From the NCBI RefSeq assembly GCF_009914755.1, contig NC_060938.1: 64,000 nucleotides of DNA; one strand, given 5' to 3'. Position numbers and translations under genes: made by a program. This stretch comes from the human T2T-CHM13v2.0 reference genome, Homo sapiens. The stretch's first letter is position 1. Each line of letters starts with the position of its first letter. A model generated the notes under the pieces. It ran no database searches. It had not been told where the DNA came from and was given only the letters and a program-made list of their open reading frames with translations. Positions 47,181 to 62,717 of the stretch are shown here, one piece after another.

Positions 47181-47425
47181 AACACAATGGAGTTTTCCTC
47201 AAAGTATGCTAGGAAGTGAAGGACCTGGAATGTACATAGCCAGAAAAATTAAAAAAATCACAAGAATCGCCCCTCTCCACTCACTGTTCTCACTTGGAAT
47301 CCAAGTTCTGAAATTTGAAGTGTGTGATGAGTAATGGATGTGTTTGTGTGTTTCCACATGGAAATTGCTCTGGCTGAGGGGTGACTGGCCTATTTTGTCC
47401 TGGTGATGGCAGGAATGCATCATGA

Positions 47426-47738
<313 letters not shown>

Positions 47739-48315
47739 TTTTCACTGCCTTCCACCTTCCTCCGTTGGCTATTTCTAAATGTCCACCTTGGCAGGGCACT
47801 CAAGCTGGGCAAATTGCATATAGATGCCCTTCTGTTTTCTTTTGGTAAGGACAATAGGGCCCTTGGGCAGGGAACAGAACTGGACAGATACGGCTTTATT
47901 ATTTGCACTGGCATAAACATTGATTAATCCGAAAACTTCCCTTCAGTTTGCAAGCACTCCACCACCCTGTCATTCCTGAGCCTAGAATGCCTACCTGTCA
48001 CTCCTTCTAAATTCCTATGGCCTATATATATTATCTATCAGACAATTGAGGATGTTGCTTTACATTACTGCTTTGTGGATGTTAGTCTAATTCATTTCTT
48101 CTTTCCCATATTTGAAGAGCTCCTGAAACATAATCTTTGAAAAACTGATTTTCAAAGTGACGTGTTTAGATGAAGTCCAGGCCCGTCAGTCAGTCATACA
48201 GATGTTTCTCTGCCACACTTCTGAATATATGTCAACACTGGTTGATCAACTCCACAGTGGGTTTCAGTGATCATTCATTTTGTATCTTTGGTGCTCTGTA
48301 CTATTGTCAGTCTGA

Positions 48316-48670
<355 letters not shown>

Positions 48671-49599
48671 TGATCCTAAATTTGTATTTGTGTAATTGCT
48701 TATGCTGGTTCAGGTGTTTCTGATTGATGTATTTTTTAAGTCTATTGATGTCAGTGTCACATAGCTAAGATTATAAGAGCTCACAAAATAAGGACCCAGA
48801 CCCTTTATTCAGTGTCCAACATGGAGGACAAATGACTTCTGGTGAGGGTAGTATTAGAGATGGTGACGATGATCTGCAGACACAGAAAGCCTGTAACTCT
48901 AGACTGATCAGAATTAAATAGCTTGTAATGCCTCACAGAGAAATGCAGACCATATACCTGGTCACCTGTCCAAAACCAGTCTTCCAGTATCTGTCACCCC
49001 CTTCCTGAATACTATATTTCACACTAGCAAAATCTCTAGGCATTGGGAATACAGTTTCCTGTTCCATGCTGGGCTCTGTCTAAAGGCTACCATTTGCTTC
49101 TATTGACTGAGAGTTTTTGCAGTAGGTTAAAGGATTTCTGTATTTGAGGCCTATTGAGTACTTTCTGTGTGGGCAAGACAGGTGCAAATGTTCAGCTATT
49201 AACCTAGATACTTCTTGTGCTGCTGAAATATTTTGTCTTAGATAGGGTGTCAGCCAGGGTTAGCCAAAGCATTATAGTGGCAGGAAGGACATATCCATCA
49301 CCTTAAATACTCCACACTATGTCCACTTTGCATCTATTAACCTACTGATACAGAAAGACCGGTGGAATAGGATGTGTAGCAGAGGTGCTGAATATTTAAA
49401 GAATCCCATCCCCATGACACTGATCAAGGCGTGAAGCTAGATATTGAGGTGGGAAGGCCACATTAAAGTTGTACCTGCTTTTGCAATGACAAATACAAGC
49501 TCCTTTCCTTGGATTTACATTGTACTAATTTTAAAGAACTTCAGTTGGCAGGTACAATATTCAATACTAAATCCGGGTTCCCATGTCTAGGAGATTCAA

Positions 49600-49790
49600 A
49601 CATGATATAAGAATCCCAAGACCCTGGTTCCATCTCAGGCACTTAGACTTTGCCTGTGACCTTGGCAGAATCATTCAGATTGCCATAAGCAATCTGTTTT
49701 ACATCTTGGTAAATGGAGAGAATAATACCATACATTTAGCCTTGTGATGCTGCTGTGAAGATGCACCAGGCATTGCTTACAAAGTACTTC
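49600..49790 (+). mobile_element. MIR
   Basis: ctgtgaccttggcagaatc...gtaaatggagagaataataccatac. Confidence 0.6.
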
Positions 49791-50823
49791 CCTGCTTAGA
49801 GAAAGCATTAGCGAGAGGCTGAGTGCTTTGGATCAGAGCTGCACTGCACTCTAAAAAGATTTTTTCCCCATCTTTACCTTGCTATTGTGTAGTTCAGGAA
49901 TGAGAAAAACACTGGTGTAGACAGGCAGAAGCCAGGCATTTTATGAGCAAAGGCATCGTAATTACTTCCTGCATCTGGGAGCCAAAGATGAAGCTGCAGG
50001 GAAGTGTTGCTGTGGAGGAGCTCTTCCACGCTTGGCCTGGCTTCCTCAGTATCCCCAGGCTCTGTTGCCCCTGCCACTACTCCCTTCCCCTTGTCTCCAA
50101 CTCACATTCCATTTGGATTATTTATGTGTCTTCACCAATGTTAGGTGAAAAACAAAAATGAAGCAAATAAAGTTTTTTGTTTGTATAGGCAGGACTGAAT
50201 TTTTTTTTTTCAAAAGGACTTCTAAACAAGGAATGACAATATACAAAGAAACCTAGAAGTAAGCAAGAATAGATTTCTGATTCAAATCTTATGGTTCACA
50301 GAGGTGAGTGGGAGACTTTGCTTCCAGGGAAGTTCAGTGATGGTGGTTACCACAAATAAAGCATTGATAACGGTGCCTGGCATAGAACAGGCTCTTGATA
50401 AAGGCTGCTGCTGCTGCTGCTGCTGCTATTACTGATTCCTTTCCTTCACTCTATAACAGGGTGCTGCCACTCTGGACCTTCTTGTTTTCTGAGGTTTGGG
50501 ATTTCTCTTTTATTTCCTATTTGTTGGGAGCCAGGCTCTCTGGCATTGTCCCTTAGAAGAGCGGTAGAGTTTTAAGTGTCACAGAGGTAGCTGTGCTGCA
50601 TAAGGCAATCCAATTTAACGAATATTCTTTAAGGGCCGGCTAGGGAATAAAAAGGATGAATTTAAGATCTAATCTCTATCCCCAAGGAGCTTCCTTACTG
50701 ATGGGGGAGTCAGACAAGTACAATATAGCCTACTACAAAATAATTTGTGATTTTAGAAAATAAAACAGAGCTTTTATGCTTGGCCACATGGAGAACAGTG
50801 AGGGTGTGGCTCCTCAGAATTAG

Positions 50824-51230
<407 letters not shown>

Positions 51231-51827
51231 CAATAGGGAGTTTTTCTAAGAGGAATGCTAATCTCCTAAGCATTAAAGGTATAAAAAAGTGAGCTTCAGG
51301 TAAATGATCTGTGCTAATCCCAACTTTCACTTACAAAGAACAAAGGAAGTGTTGCCTCAATGGGAAATCCTTGGGGTGTTGCAGAAACAAGACAAAACAA
51401 TGTTTTCAGCAGCTCAGGCACCATGAAAAGGGAGGGTATGATGAATGGGCAGTCATTTAATTGACCCTCAAGTGTTCCAGTTACCAGGGAAAATAGAAAT
51501 CTGTCCTTAGTTTATTCTAAAATGGGAAGGCTCAGAAATGAAAGACCTTGTGCTAAAGCCTTGATAGGGTGGAGGCTGGTGGTCTTTATGCTTCAGTATT
51601 TCTATTAATGCCCCAGGCAGCAAAGCCAGGATGATGGAATGATTCACGGTTTTGTCAAATGCTCTTGTCATTTGAAATGTCACATAAAGTAACTCTAGTA
51701 GCTATCATAACTACTGTGATGTTAGCAGTTTATAGAGAGTGGGGGCTGTGAATTTCCATTTCTTATTATACTTTCTGTATTAATGATGTGTTGTGCATTA
51801 ATACATGATGTGTTGTGTATTAATGAT

Positions 51828-52205
51828 GTGTCAATAGTTCCCTATTAACTTCAATGGGAACTGGCATTAGGTTCAAGAGGCTGAAGAAGAGACCTGGAGC
51901 CAGAGAATGAGACATAGGGCTTATTGGGAACTTACATACGGGAATGGTACAGAGGTGTTGGGCTGGGCAGGAGAACTGTAACGACTTGTAAAAAGTATGC
52001 AGTTTATACAGCATGTTCGCTTAGCAGCCTCCCCCTAGCAACCTCCATGTGGCAACCCTCATTCAACCCACAATAAAGGGCCTCGATCCCTGCTGCAGTC
52101 CACATTCCATGGGACGGGCCAGGGTCCAGATGTTCCTCATAGATAAGGAATGAGTCTCCAGGTTGGCCACTTCTGGATTTTTTTAGCTTAGAACTTCAAA
52201 CACAC
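51828..52205 (-). mobile_element. ERVL-type LTR (subfamily uncertain)
   Basis: aggttcaagaggctgaagaagagacctggagccagagaatgagacatagggcttattggg... resembles reverse 3' ends of ERVL LTRs. Confidence 0.55.
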
Positions 52206-52239
52206 ATTCTTCGTCTTAAGTTACTGCTCTCAGGTGCAT

Positions 52240-52743
52240 CTACCATTCATGATGCCTTTTATTTTTTGTATTCTTGATGCTTTGACCCCTGAGGCCTTGC
52301 TGACCCTGGGGGGACTGCCCCTTCCAGGACTAGCCACTTTCTAGACATAGTAAACAATTTGACCTTGAGCATCTGGAGCAACCCTTTTACATGCAAACCG
52401 ACGAATCCAGAGCCCACACTTCCAACCACCTCCTCTGTTGCGCCTTCAACACTCGGTGTCACAATCCCCTGCCCTAATCACTGCAGGGGCCAGATACCAG
52501 ACAGCTAGGGACAGCCCCTATGCCAGAAGCCACTGAAATTATTCAAATTAGCCAATCCTAAATCGTTTACCCGGTCTTACCTGTGCCTTGCAGCAGAAAC
52601 CACAATAACTTGTGCTTCTCTGTGTGTTCTCCTCTCGTCTTGGGATCTGTGAGTATGACAAACTATCTCTTCAATGGCAGTCGTGTCCTGATCTGTTGGT
52701 TTTGCTATACCTAAATAATAATCACACCTATATTTTAAAACAG
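52240..52743 (+). mobile_element. ERVL LTR (MER74/MER54/MER73-like)
   Basis: tgtattcttgatgctttgac...ccttgctgaccctgg...cagacagctagggacagcccct...gaaattattcaaattagccaatccta. Confidence 0.7.
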
Positions 52744-52911
52744 TTCCCCTTTTCTAAAGTAGAATCCAAATGAGACAATATCTGAAAAGATCTCAAGGGA
52801 TAAGTATGGATGTGGATGTGGCCAAACAGGATTGAATGCATTGAGCTAGGTGAAAAAGTCATTTAAACAACCTGGTTTATTTTTAAAATCATTTTTTTAA
52901 AAACCTGATAG

Positions 52912-53325
52912 TGTAGGATATTACATACAAGTGGAAAATGTTCAGACCCCACATGTCCATAGAACTCTGACCCACAACTTCTGCAATTGGCCCAGAATGA
53001 TCAGGACTTGGTCAGCTTGACTGTCAGCTTCCCGAATTTTCAGTCCTACCTTCAACTCGGAACCAACCAGAGAAAGCCAAATATGCTCCCCAAAACAATC
53101 AGTCACACAGAATACCCCTCTTCTAGTCAACAGCCTTCAGCTTCTCTGTGCCAGCACCTCCAGTGAAGGCATACCTAAGCTTTCCCTTTCTTTCACTATA
53201 AAGTTTTCCTACTTCTTATTTAGAGTCTCTACCAAACACAAGTGAAGTTGGCTGTCTCCATTGCTATCAAAAGCTCTGAATAACCTCTGTGTTTGTTCTT
53301 AGCTTGTTAGGCTTTATTTTCACTC
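52912..53325 (+). mobile_element. ERV1 LTR (MER31/MER67-like)
   Basis: gaactctgacccacaac...caggacttggtcag...ccaaccagagaaagccaaatatgctcccc...aagctctgaataa. Confidence 0.7.
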
Positions 53326-53635
53326 ATGCTTTAATGCTTCAACATGAAATAGTGCTTCAACCACTATTTCTTTTTTTTTTGTTTTTAATGCTGTCCTGCC
53401 CTGATTTGCCCTGTACCAAAGCAATCTTCCTCAGCTCCTTGCCTCTCTTCATATAGGCAGAGCTACCCTCTCCTACCCCTTGTAGCCCTGGTCATTATTT
53501 TGGATTTTCTGCTGGAGCCTATTTCATGTTGCCTAGGCTATATGACTTTATTTTACTTCATATTTAGTGATAATATATTACCACAGCAATGCTTTACTCA
53601 TGGCTTACACCATACCCTTATACTTTCTGTGTTTG

Positions 53636-53908
53636 TTTTATTTTTAATTTTTTTAAATTTTACTTTAACTTCTGGGATACCTGTGCAGAACGTGCAGGTT
53701 TGTTACATAGGTATACGTGTGCTGTGGTGGTTTGTGGCACTTATCAACCCGTCATCTAGGTTTTTAGCCCTGTGTGCATTAGGTATTTGTCCTAATGTTT
53801 TCCCTCCCCTTGCCCCCCACCCCGCGACAGGCCCCGGTGTGTGATGTTCCCCTCCCTGTGTCCATGTGTTCTCATTGTTTAACTCCCACTTATGAGTGAG
53901 AACATGTG
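53636..53908 (-). mobile_element. L1PA8-like 3'UTR fragment fused to Alu left arm
   Basis: tactttaacttctgggatac...gtcatctaggtttttagccc...gacaggccccggtgtgtgatgttcccc...gagtgagaacatgtg. Confidence 0.92.
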
Positions 53909-53909
53909 A

Positions 53910-54035
<126 letters not shown>

Positions 54036-54410
54036 TAATGTACAGTCTAAAACTGACTCAATAGATTTATCCGTTAAACTGATTCCTTTTCCCAATTTCC
54101 CAGTGTGGGGCTGATTCTATTCCAACTCCTCTTTCTCCTCATAAAGTTGTAGACATATTCCAATAACCCTCCATATTTCCTCCATTTCATAGTTCTAATT
54201 AGTTACTAACTTCTTCTGACCTTTGTTCTCACAGACTCATCCTTTCCTCTCCATTCCAACAACCATCTCCACTGCTTGATTGCCATCATCTAACTGGTAG
54301 GTATCTTTAGATTTTTCTAACACCTAATCAATATTTTGTCAGTTAACATGTTATAAAATAACATTTAATCACTTTTTTTTCCTCCTTCAAGGGGAGGTAG
54401 CTTCTTAAAA

Positions 54411-54875
<465 letters not shown>

Positions 54876-55057
54876 ATCAGATCAAGCCAAACTTCTGTTA
54901 GTCTGATAGTCAAGGCTATCAACTTACTGGTCCCATAAATGGAGAACTCTTTTCAATGTTTCTCAAACTTCTTTGATAAGACTAACATGTAAGTGCTTGA
55001 TAAATCTCATCTTCTCTTGGCTCTATCTCAGGATGTCTCAAAGCCCTTTACTGTACA

Positions 55058-55231
55058 GCTTTGCAGACAGTGGCTAGGTTTTTCCAGTCACAGTCTATAC
55101 ATACATCTTCTACTTCAGTGTCTAAACAATGTCAGGAAAATTATCCAAACTTAGAAATAAACAAAAGAGATTACAGCATATTTAAGCCCTGGTCTTGGCT
55201 TGACTTTCTATCCACGGGTCTGTTTTACAAC
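55058..55231 (+). repeat. ~173-bp direct repeat, copy 1 (copy 2 at 56257-56430)
   Basis: Ungapped alignment, about 17 mismatches by eye. Confidence 0.93.
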
Positions 55232-55244
55232 TCCAGTTCTCTAA

Positions 55245-55660
55245 GGGATGGGTCTGGGAAGTTGCAGGTCACTCAAGTGCCCCAGGTGATTCTTATGTTT
55301 AGGGATGGTGGGAACTGTCTGCAAAGTATCTTGCAGCTTATCAAATTTTGATGTGTCTACTAATCACCGGCAGATCTTGTTGATGTACAGGATTCTGACT
55401 GAGTAGGTCAGGGAGCGGGTGCTGCTGTCTGCAGATCTAACAAAGTTCTAGGTACTGCTAGTGGTTGTCAGTCCATGTGCCACACTTGAGTAGCTGCAAA
55501 TGCCCATTGAAATCACCTGGGGAGCTGCAGCAACTACTGTGGCTTTTGTGCCATCCCTGGAGATTCTAATTTAATTAGTATGGGTGCAGCTTGGGGATCA
55601 GGAGTTTAAAAAGCTCCCCAGGTGAAAGCAATTTGCTGCCATGGCTGAGAACCAATGTTG
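55245..55660. mobile_element. Cluster of MER5A/B fragments
   Basis: gccccaggtgattctta; taatcaccggcagatcttgtt...cacacttgagtagc; gaaatcacctggggagct...aaaagctccccaggtga...gctgagaacca. Confidence 0.75.
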
Positions 55661-55916
55661 TATAGCTCTATCTCTGTGCCTACTTTTAATGTCATGCTGT
55701 TCTTCCTATTTGGATACTTCTTCTTTTTCATCTTCATTAAACTACACCCTATAAGTTCTACCAAGCTCTGAAGACGACTTCCTTTTCCAAGATGACTTCC
55801 TTCCTTAGCCCAGCTTATACTACCTCTCCCCTTTGATTTATTTTAGCATAAATGCATACAATTTATACTACATTACCTGATAACTTATAGGTGCCTTTTA
55901 AGATATAAATGTTTCT

Positions 55917-56430
<514 letters not shown>

Positions 56431-56994
56431 TCTGTAGGGGCATAGGTTAATTTGTTAATTTTGTCCAGTAGAGATGCAAATAATACCTGTCTCTTGGAAG
56501 TGCTAACCCCAAAGGTTATGGTAAGACATTAGTCAATTTCATATGTAACCCAGCAATCTTATTCTAACATTTGTTTATTAAAATGGCTATATATACCTCA
56601 CTTGTTCCTTCATTAATTAATGAGTTGAATAAAACCTTTGGCATATCATTCACATGACAGTCCTGATTTTACCTTTTTAAAAATGTTTTAAAATGCTGAA
56701 ATGCTTACGTAGGAGTTTAATCAATGCATTGTGAAATTAATTGAATTGATGAAGCAAGTGATAAAGTTTTATTTCTGAAGAGACAATACGTCTTGCAAGT
56801 TTAAAACAGAATAATCAATAAATGAAATAACACGTGAAAAACCCTAAGTAGTAATAATTTCAGACAGGAAGAAGCCATGCTGATTTGGATGTTCTTAGTC
56901 ACGGATTATGAGGGTAATCACTCAACAGACATCTTCAGCTGCTTTTCTCCTTCCTGTGCATTTAATCAATGAAAACAGAGGTTCAGAATGATAT

Positions 56995-57142
56995 GCTAAT
57001 AGTGGGAGGAACCACAGCAATGGAATCAAACAATCAGTTCAAATCTTGGCTCTGCCCCTAGTAGCTGTTCTCTGTAAATTGGAGTTAATAAATCCCTATG
57101 AGAAGTGGCTGGTATATAACGGGTGCTCAATAAATGTTAGTA
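56995..57142 (+). mobile_element. Deleted MIR
   Basis: gttcaaatcttggctctgccccta...gtgctcaataaatgttag. Confidence 0.65.
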
Positions 57143-58154
57143 CTCTTCCTCATGAGCATCTCAGAGGATAAGAGGTGGACAACTGCAGCCTAGATTGAAA
57201 ACCTGAGTTATGGAGAAAGAGTTAAAATGACTTAATACTGTTTATATAGGGCCATAAAAACACCATCTGCTAGCTCTAGCTAGTTAAGTTATTACAAAGC
57301 TGACATGCACTAATGCTGCACTGATAGGAAAGGAATGGCCAAGGTTTTGCTGTTTCTATCATTATTCGACGAGCTGCCATGTCGGGACCAGTCGCCAGTT
57401 TAACCCATCACATAACCTGGTTGTTCAACGTTTAAAGATTTATTTTGGTCCTTAAATATTTATACTCTCCCCCAACCTTTTATTGCTATAGTTACTGCTG
57501 CAGAAAAGACAAGACTCAGGAGGTTACTGTATGGTATATCAGCAGTTCTAGGCTTTATCGTTAGATTGGGGTATGTTTTATGTTGAATTAGACTCAGATG
57601 AGTGGATTAATATTAAACTCTCATTTTGCATGATGAGGCTAGATGTGCCTCAGAGAAAAGGATAAGGTCTATTCCTTTTCATATTATCAGTCAGTGAAGA
57701 AAAGGCCGCTTGCTCTGCAATGCACATTGCTGAGCCAGAAGTGAATAGCAGCAGATTCTGGATCTTGGAGGGGGGCAGTTTGCCTCCAATAAAGTGTGCA
57801 GCTGAAGATTGTCCCAGTGGTAGAAGTGAGCTCAATGATTGCTCCTGCTGCCTCTCATAACACCTGCATTTGGATCCTTGGTACCCATTAGGCATAATGA
57901 TGGGCTGATTCCACATCCCTGGGACATTTGGCCTCATTTGGATGATTAAAGAGAATGAAATATATGTCCCAGACACCTGCCAACTTGCAATAATAATAGC
58001 CTGTATTTACATAATATCTTTCTCTAAGAATCTCAAAGTCCCTTGTCTTTGAAAATCTATTTCTGTTAGGGAGGGGGAGATAATCTCATTTCTGTTTTGC
58101 AGAGTTTTAGAGCCATGGTAAAATCTAAATATTTGGTCATTTTAGTAACTATTC

Positions 58155-58340
58155 TGTGTCCAAAACTTTGCTGCATATTGAAACCAACTGCACATCTGTA
58201 ACAAATATGGATACCCAGCTCCTATGCCTAGGCATTCTCATCTAATTGCTCTGGGGTTGGGGGTGGGGGATCACCTGGGCATCAGGATTTGTAAAAGCTC
58301 CTTAAGTAATACGAACGTACAGAAAAGCCTGGGGACCACA
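58155..58340. mobile_element. MER5A1-like
   Basis: caaaactttgctgcatattgaa...cctgggcatcaggatttgtaaaagctcc...ggggaccac. Confidence 0.7.
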
Positions 58341-59554
58341 TAGGTAAAGACATTTGGTCTGAGACATTTCTGTGAAGTATTAGCAGTAGGAAACATTCAC
58401 ATGGCCGAGCTGTTAGAATTACGCTTCCCCACTGGGTTCTTCATCCTTTTTGCTGTTTTCATTCTGGACCAACTCTATTAATAAGGAAGACAGACATTTA
58501 AAATATAGCTCAATGCCAGAATTCTCTCACCTTCAGCCAATAGTAGGTTAGGTCAGATCATTATCTTCCTGTAGGAACTGTACTTTGGTGAAGTAATCTA
58601 GAGAGAAGATAATTAAATCAACATATAACTGTAGTTTTAAAAGATGACAAGAAAAAAGTCATCTCCTGGGAACTCTATATACAGCTGTGTGTGTAGCAAA
58701 TATTTAGGAAATAGCGTTCCATTCAGTAAACTGGTGTTTTAAGGAGGGAAAATGTAAAAGGCCTTTTAGTGACAGTGGGGAAAGGATTCTACAAGTCATG
58801 CATGAGTTTAACAGGGGGTTGTGGTGGTATGGCTGGGGGGCTTTTATCCTTAAGCTTATTTGTTGTTCCTGGACTTTCACAAAGATGTTCAAGCATGGCA
58901 GAGGGTTGGAAAAGCCAAGAAGCAACCAGTATGTCCCTGCATTACTGCTGGTGATTCAGCTATGACTTCTGGTGTGGGACCAACTTCCCTTGAAAATATA
59001 TGGATTTGATGGTGACAATTACAGGGCTGTTTTCTGGAAGCAGCTGTTGCCTGCAGGGAGTAAGACTGGCTTCTCAGATGTTGAGCTGCCTTTCCATCTG
59101 CTGAAAGGAAGAGAAAACAGAAGTCAAAACCAGAACAACTACAGAAAGTGGGACCTGCACAGAAACAATAGAAAAGAGAGGAGATGATGGGAGAGAAGGC
59201 AATAAAACCTTAATTAGTTACCAGGAAGAGTTCATTCTCTTAGTGTCTTTGGCACTAAAGATAAAAGTCATGTCCTCCACCGCCACTAATGGAAAGGAAA
59301 TGAAGTGATGAGAAGATGCATTAGGGAACCCTGGATTTGGGCCAGCTCACTGGCTCCATGGGCCCCTGGAAGACCCTAGAGTCCATGACTCCCTGACTGT
59401 GTCTCAAGTGAACAGTTACCTCCTTGCTAAAGCCCCTTTGGTGCCCCTAAGTGTTAGAATATTTTCAAATTAATTCTGGAAGCATGAGACATCCACGGAC
59501 ATTTAGAATATCTGAGCAATTCTCAGCAGACATTAGGTGAGTTTGTCTTAGGGC

Positions 59555-60315
59555 GTCTTAGTTTCCCAGGGCTGCCCTAACAAATTACCACAAATTGGGT
59601 GGCTTAAAACAACAGAAATTTATTCTCTTGCGATTCTGGAGGCTAGAAGTCTAAAGTTAAGGTGTCAGTGGGGTCGTGCTCTCTCAGAAGGCTCTAGGAA
59701 AGAATCCTTCCTTGCCTTATCCCGGAGGTGGCTCCTGGCGATCTCTGACATTCTGTGGCTTGGAGCTACATCACTCCGGTCTTCGCCTTCATCACTCTCT
59801 TCCATGTGTGTTTTCTTGTGTCTTCTCTTCTCATATGCACCAGTCTATAGATTTAGGGCTCACCTTAAATTCATGAACACTTCATTTTGACACTCTTGCC
59901 TAATAATATCTAAAAAAACCCAAAACTGTTTCTGGCCAGGTGCGGTGGCTCACACCTGTAATCCTAGCACTTTGGGAGGCTAAGGCAGGCAGATCACCTG
60001 AGGTCAGGAGTTCAAGACCAGCCTGGGCAACATGGTGAAACCCTGTCTCTACTAAAAATACAAAAATTAGCCGGGCGTGGTGGTACACACCTGTAATCCC
60101 AGCTACTCAGGAGGCCAAGGCATGAGAATCACTTGAACCCGTGAGGCAGAGGTTGCAGTGAGCCCAGATCACCCCACTGCACTCCAGCCTGGGCAACAGA
60201 GCAAGACTTGTCTCAAAAGAAAAAAAAAAGACTATTTCTAAATAAGGTCACAGTCTAAGGTTCCAAATGAACATTAATTTGTTGGAGGGGGGCAGACACT
60301 ATTCAGCTCACTACA
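59555..60315 (-). mobile_element. MLT1 (B/C-like) LTR split by Alu
   Basis: ttagtttcccagggctgccctaacaaattaccacaaattgggtggcttaaaacaacagaaatttattctc...ctatttctaaataaggtcaca...cactattcagctcactaca. Confidence 0.88.
59934..60229 (+). mobile_element. AluSx
   Basis: Full Alu; aa(a/g)act(g/a)tttct flanks. Confidence 0.96.
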
Positions 60316-61043
60316 AAGAGAAGAATACAATAGAAAGAAAGATTGATGTATGGATTGAGAGCAGGGGCTAGAGCTGTGACTAACATTGGTTGTTCATTAG
60401 AAACACCTGGGCAAGGGCAGCCTTTAAAATCTCTATCCTGGCCCCAAATCCAGATATTCTCATTTAATCAGTCTGGAGTGGGTCCTGATTAACATAAACA
60501 CTCTTAGGGGCCAAGCATCATACGGTATATGGATGAAGGATAAAGAGGGTTGGTCTAAAAGGTAATAAGGAGGAATGGTGACTCAGGGGGCGGGAGGAGC
60601 CTGGAAACCCACATGCAACATTAAGAAGCATTCAGATTTGATTTTGTAACGTCTCCTGAAGAAAATGGGTTTGCGGGCTTTGAAAGACAAGTTGCCAGTT
60701 TGAGATGCCAAGTCTAGACTTGTAGGAATTCTTCTGTAATATCTTGGATCTGTGAAAATGGTAACCTAGCCCAAAAATGCACATGGTGATAATGACACAG
60801 AATATGTGGGATGAATTCTGAACTGAAAAATCTAGAATGTGGAATTGACTTACCTAAGAGGACCCTATGAATGAATGTTCCTACTCAGGAACTAGGTCAT
60901 GTTCTAAGTCTCTTTTGCCCAGTTGTACATACGCTATGCTCTGGAGTGATTCTGCCATATTGTCGGGTTCTATTCTGGGCGCCTGTTGGACACTGTTCTC
61001 CATACAAAAATTCAGGACATTTTTCTAAAGCCGAAGCATCTCC

Positions 61044-61353
61044 TTTTTTTTTTTTTTTTTTTTTTTTTTTGGAGACAGAGTTTTGCTTTTTTGTCCAGTC
61101 TGGAGTGCAGTGGCATGATCTCAGCTCACTGCAACCTCTGCCCCCGAGGGTTCAAGTGATTCTCCCACCTTAGCCTCCCAAATAGCTGGGAATATAGGCG
61201 CTCGCCACCACGCCTGGATAATTTTTGTATTTTTAGTAGAGATGGGGTTTTGCCATGTTGGCCAGGCTGGTCTCAAACCCCTGACCTCAGGTGATCCACC
61301 TACTTCAGCCTCCCAGAGTGCTAGGATTACAGGCATGAGCCACCATGCCCAGC
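61044..61353 (-). mobile_element. AluS
   Basis: Reverse Alu with long poly(T). Confidence 0.96.
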
Positions 61354-61419
61354 CAAGCATATCTACTTCTAAAAGAGCTAACTCACTGCCCAGTATCCCT
61401 TTTTAATAGTGAGATCTAG

Positions 61420-61990
61420 ATTAGTACTTAGCCTTGTCACTTAGTAGTTGCATGACCTTGGGCAGGTTACTTATCCTTGTTTTACAGATGAGTTTATTAA
61501 TATCTACCTTAATGGGTTATTATCAGGATTAGATTGTTATGAGGTCTAATAAACATTCTTTTTCTCTGTCTCTTCTCCATCCCAGATGATGAATCTGTTT
61601 TTTTTTTTTTTACCAAATAAACACTATAGATTATTGAATGACATATGCTACTGTTATTTATGTTTTAAATAGCAATGAAATTATAATGGTACTAAATAGC
61701 TGACATTTTCTGAGTACTTTATATGTGCTGAAAACTTAAAAATATTTTGGCACATATAATTTCATTATCACAATGATTCTATTACCTCATTGTAAAGGGA
61801 GATAAATAATGTATATAATGTGTAGTAGATACATAAATGATATATATTTATATAAATGATATAAATAACATATGTAACTTATATAATGTATCCTTCTTAA
61901 CAAATGAAGAAATTGCAACTCAGAGACAAGAAGAAATTTACCTAAGGGTGCACAGCTCTTTTGACCTAAAAATTGCACATTATCCACTAT
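61420..61990. mobile_element. Two MIR remnants, the second with an AT-rich insertion
   Basis: cacttagtagttgcatgaccttgggcaggttactta; ctgagtactttatatgtgctg...aacaaatgaagaaattgcaactcagag. Confidence 0.6.
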
Positions 61991-62717
61991 ACTTTACAGT
62001 TCTCCCAACTCACTTGTGTCCTATGTGAGGACAGGGGCCTATGCCAGGCAGGGCCAGTGACCAACTCATGGCTGCCTTTCAAAAAGTCCTTGTAAACACT
62101 TAGAACTGTGTCTTCTAAAAGCCCAAATTGAAATGAATGAGCCCTCAAGAGTGCTCAGTCTTTGTTTGTATTTACAAATATTGTGTCAACATTGTCATTT
62201 TAGAGTGTGAATTATAAAAAATGATTGTTAATTAAAAAACTAAAACAGGTAACATTCCTTTAGTGTTTCATGAGAAAGAACAGTTTCATGAGAAAGCCTC
62301 GTCATTCCTGATATGTTTTTAGGCTATTTATATAAGTAGAGCCAAAGAATCTATAGATCCACAGAGTTGGAGAACCATTAAGAAAGGGGATAAAAGAATA
62401 CAAAAGGGGCGTCACCTTTCAGGGATTAAAGTAAATCAGTTTTGAAATCTTGGCATAAAGCTTTATAACCCAGGTATTGACATATAAAATGTCATATTAT
62501 GTTTTTATAGTCATATAATAGGTAATAAAAATACCCAGGCTGTCCCTGGCACATGGTAGGTGCTCAGCAGGGGTCTGTATCTCTAAATTGATTAAAAGGA
62601 AATTAGGAATGAATAATGCTTTACATAACTCCCAAAATAAATACATCAAGCAGGATGTGGAGTTAGGGGGACAGACCCCAAAAAGATACAAGCAGAAACA
62701 AATAAAACTAATTGTAT

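Noticed and set aside
50405-50427. (CTG)7 triplet repeat
   Set aside because: Short, non-coding and adjacent to a MIR-like tail; unremarkable.
62265-62297. gtttcatgagaaag duplicated
   Set aside because: A trivial micro-duplication with no further structure.
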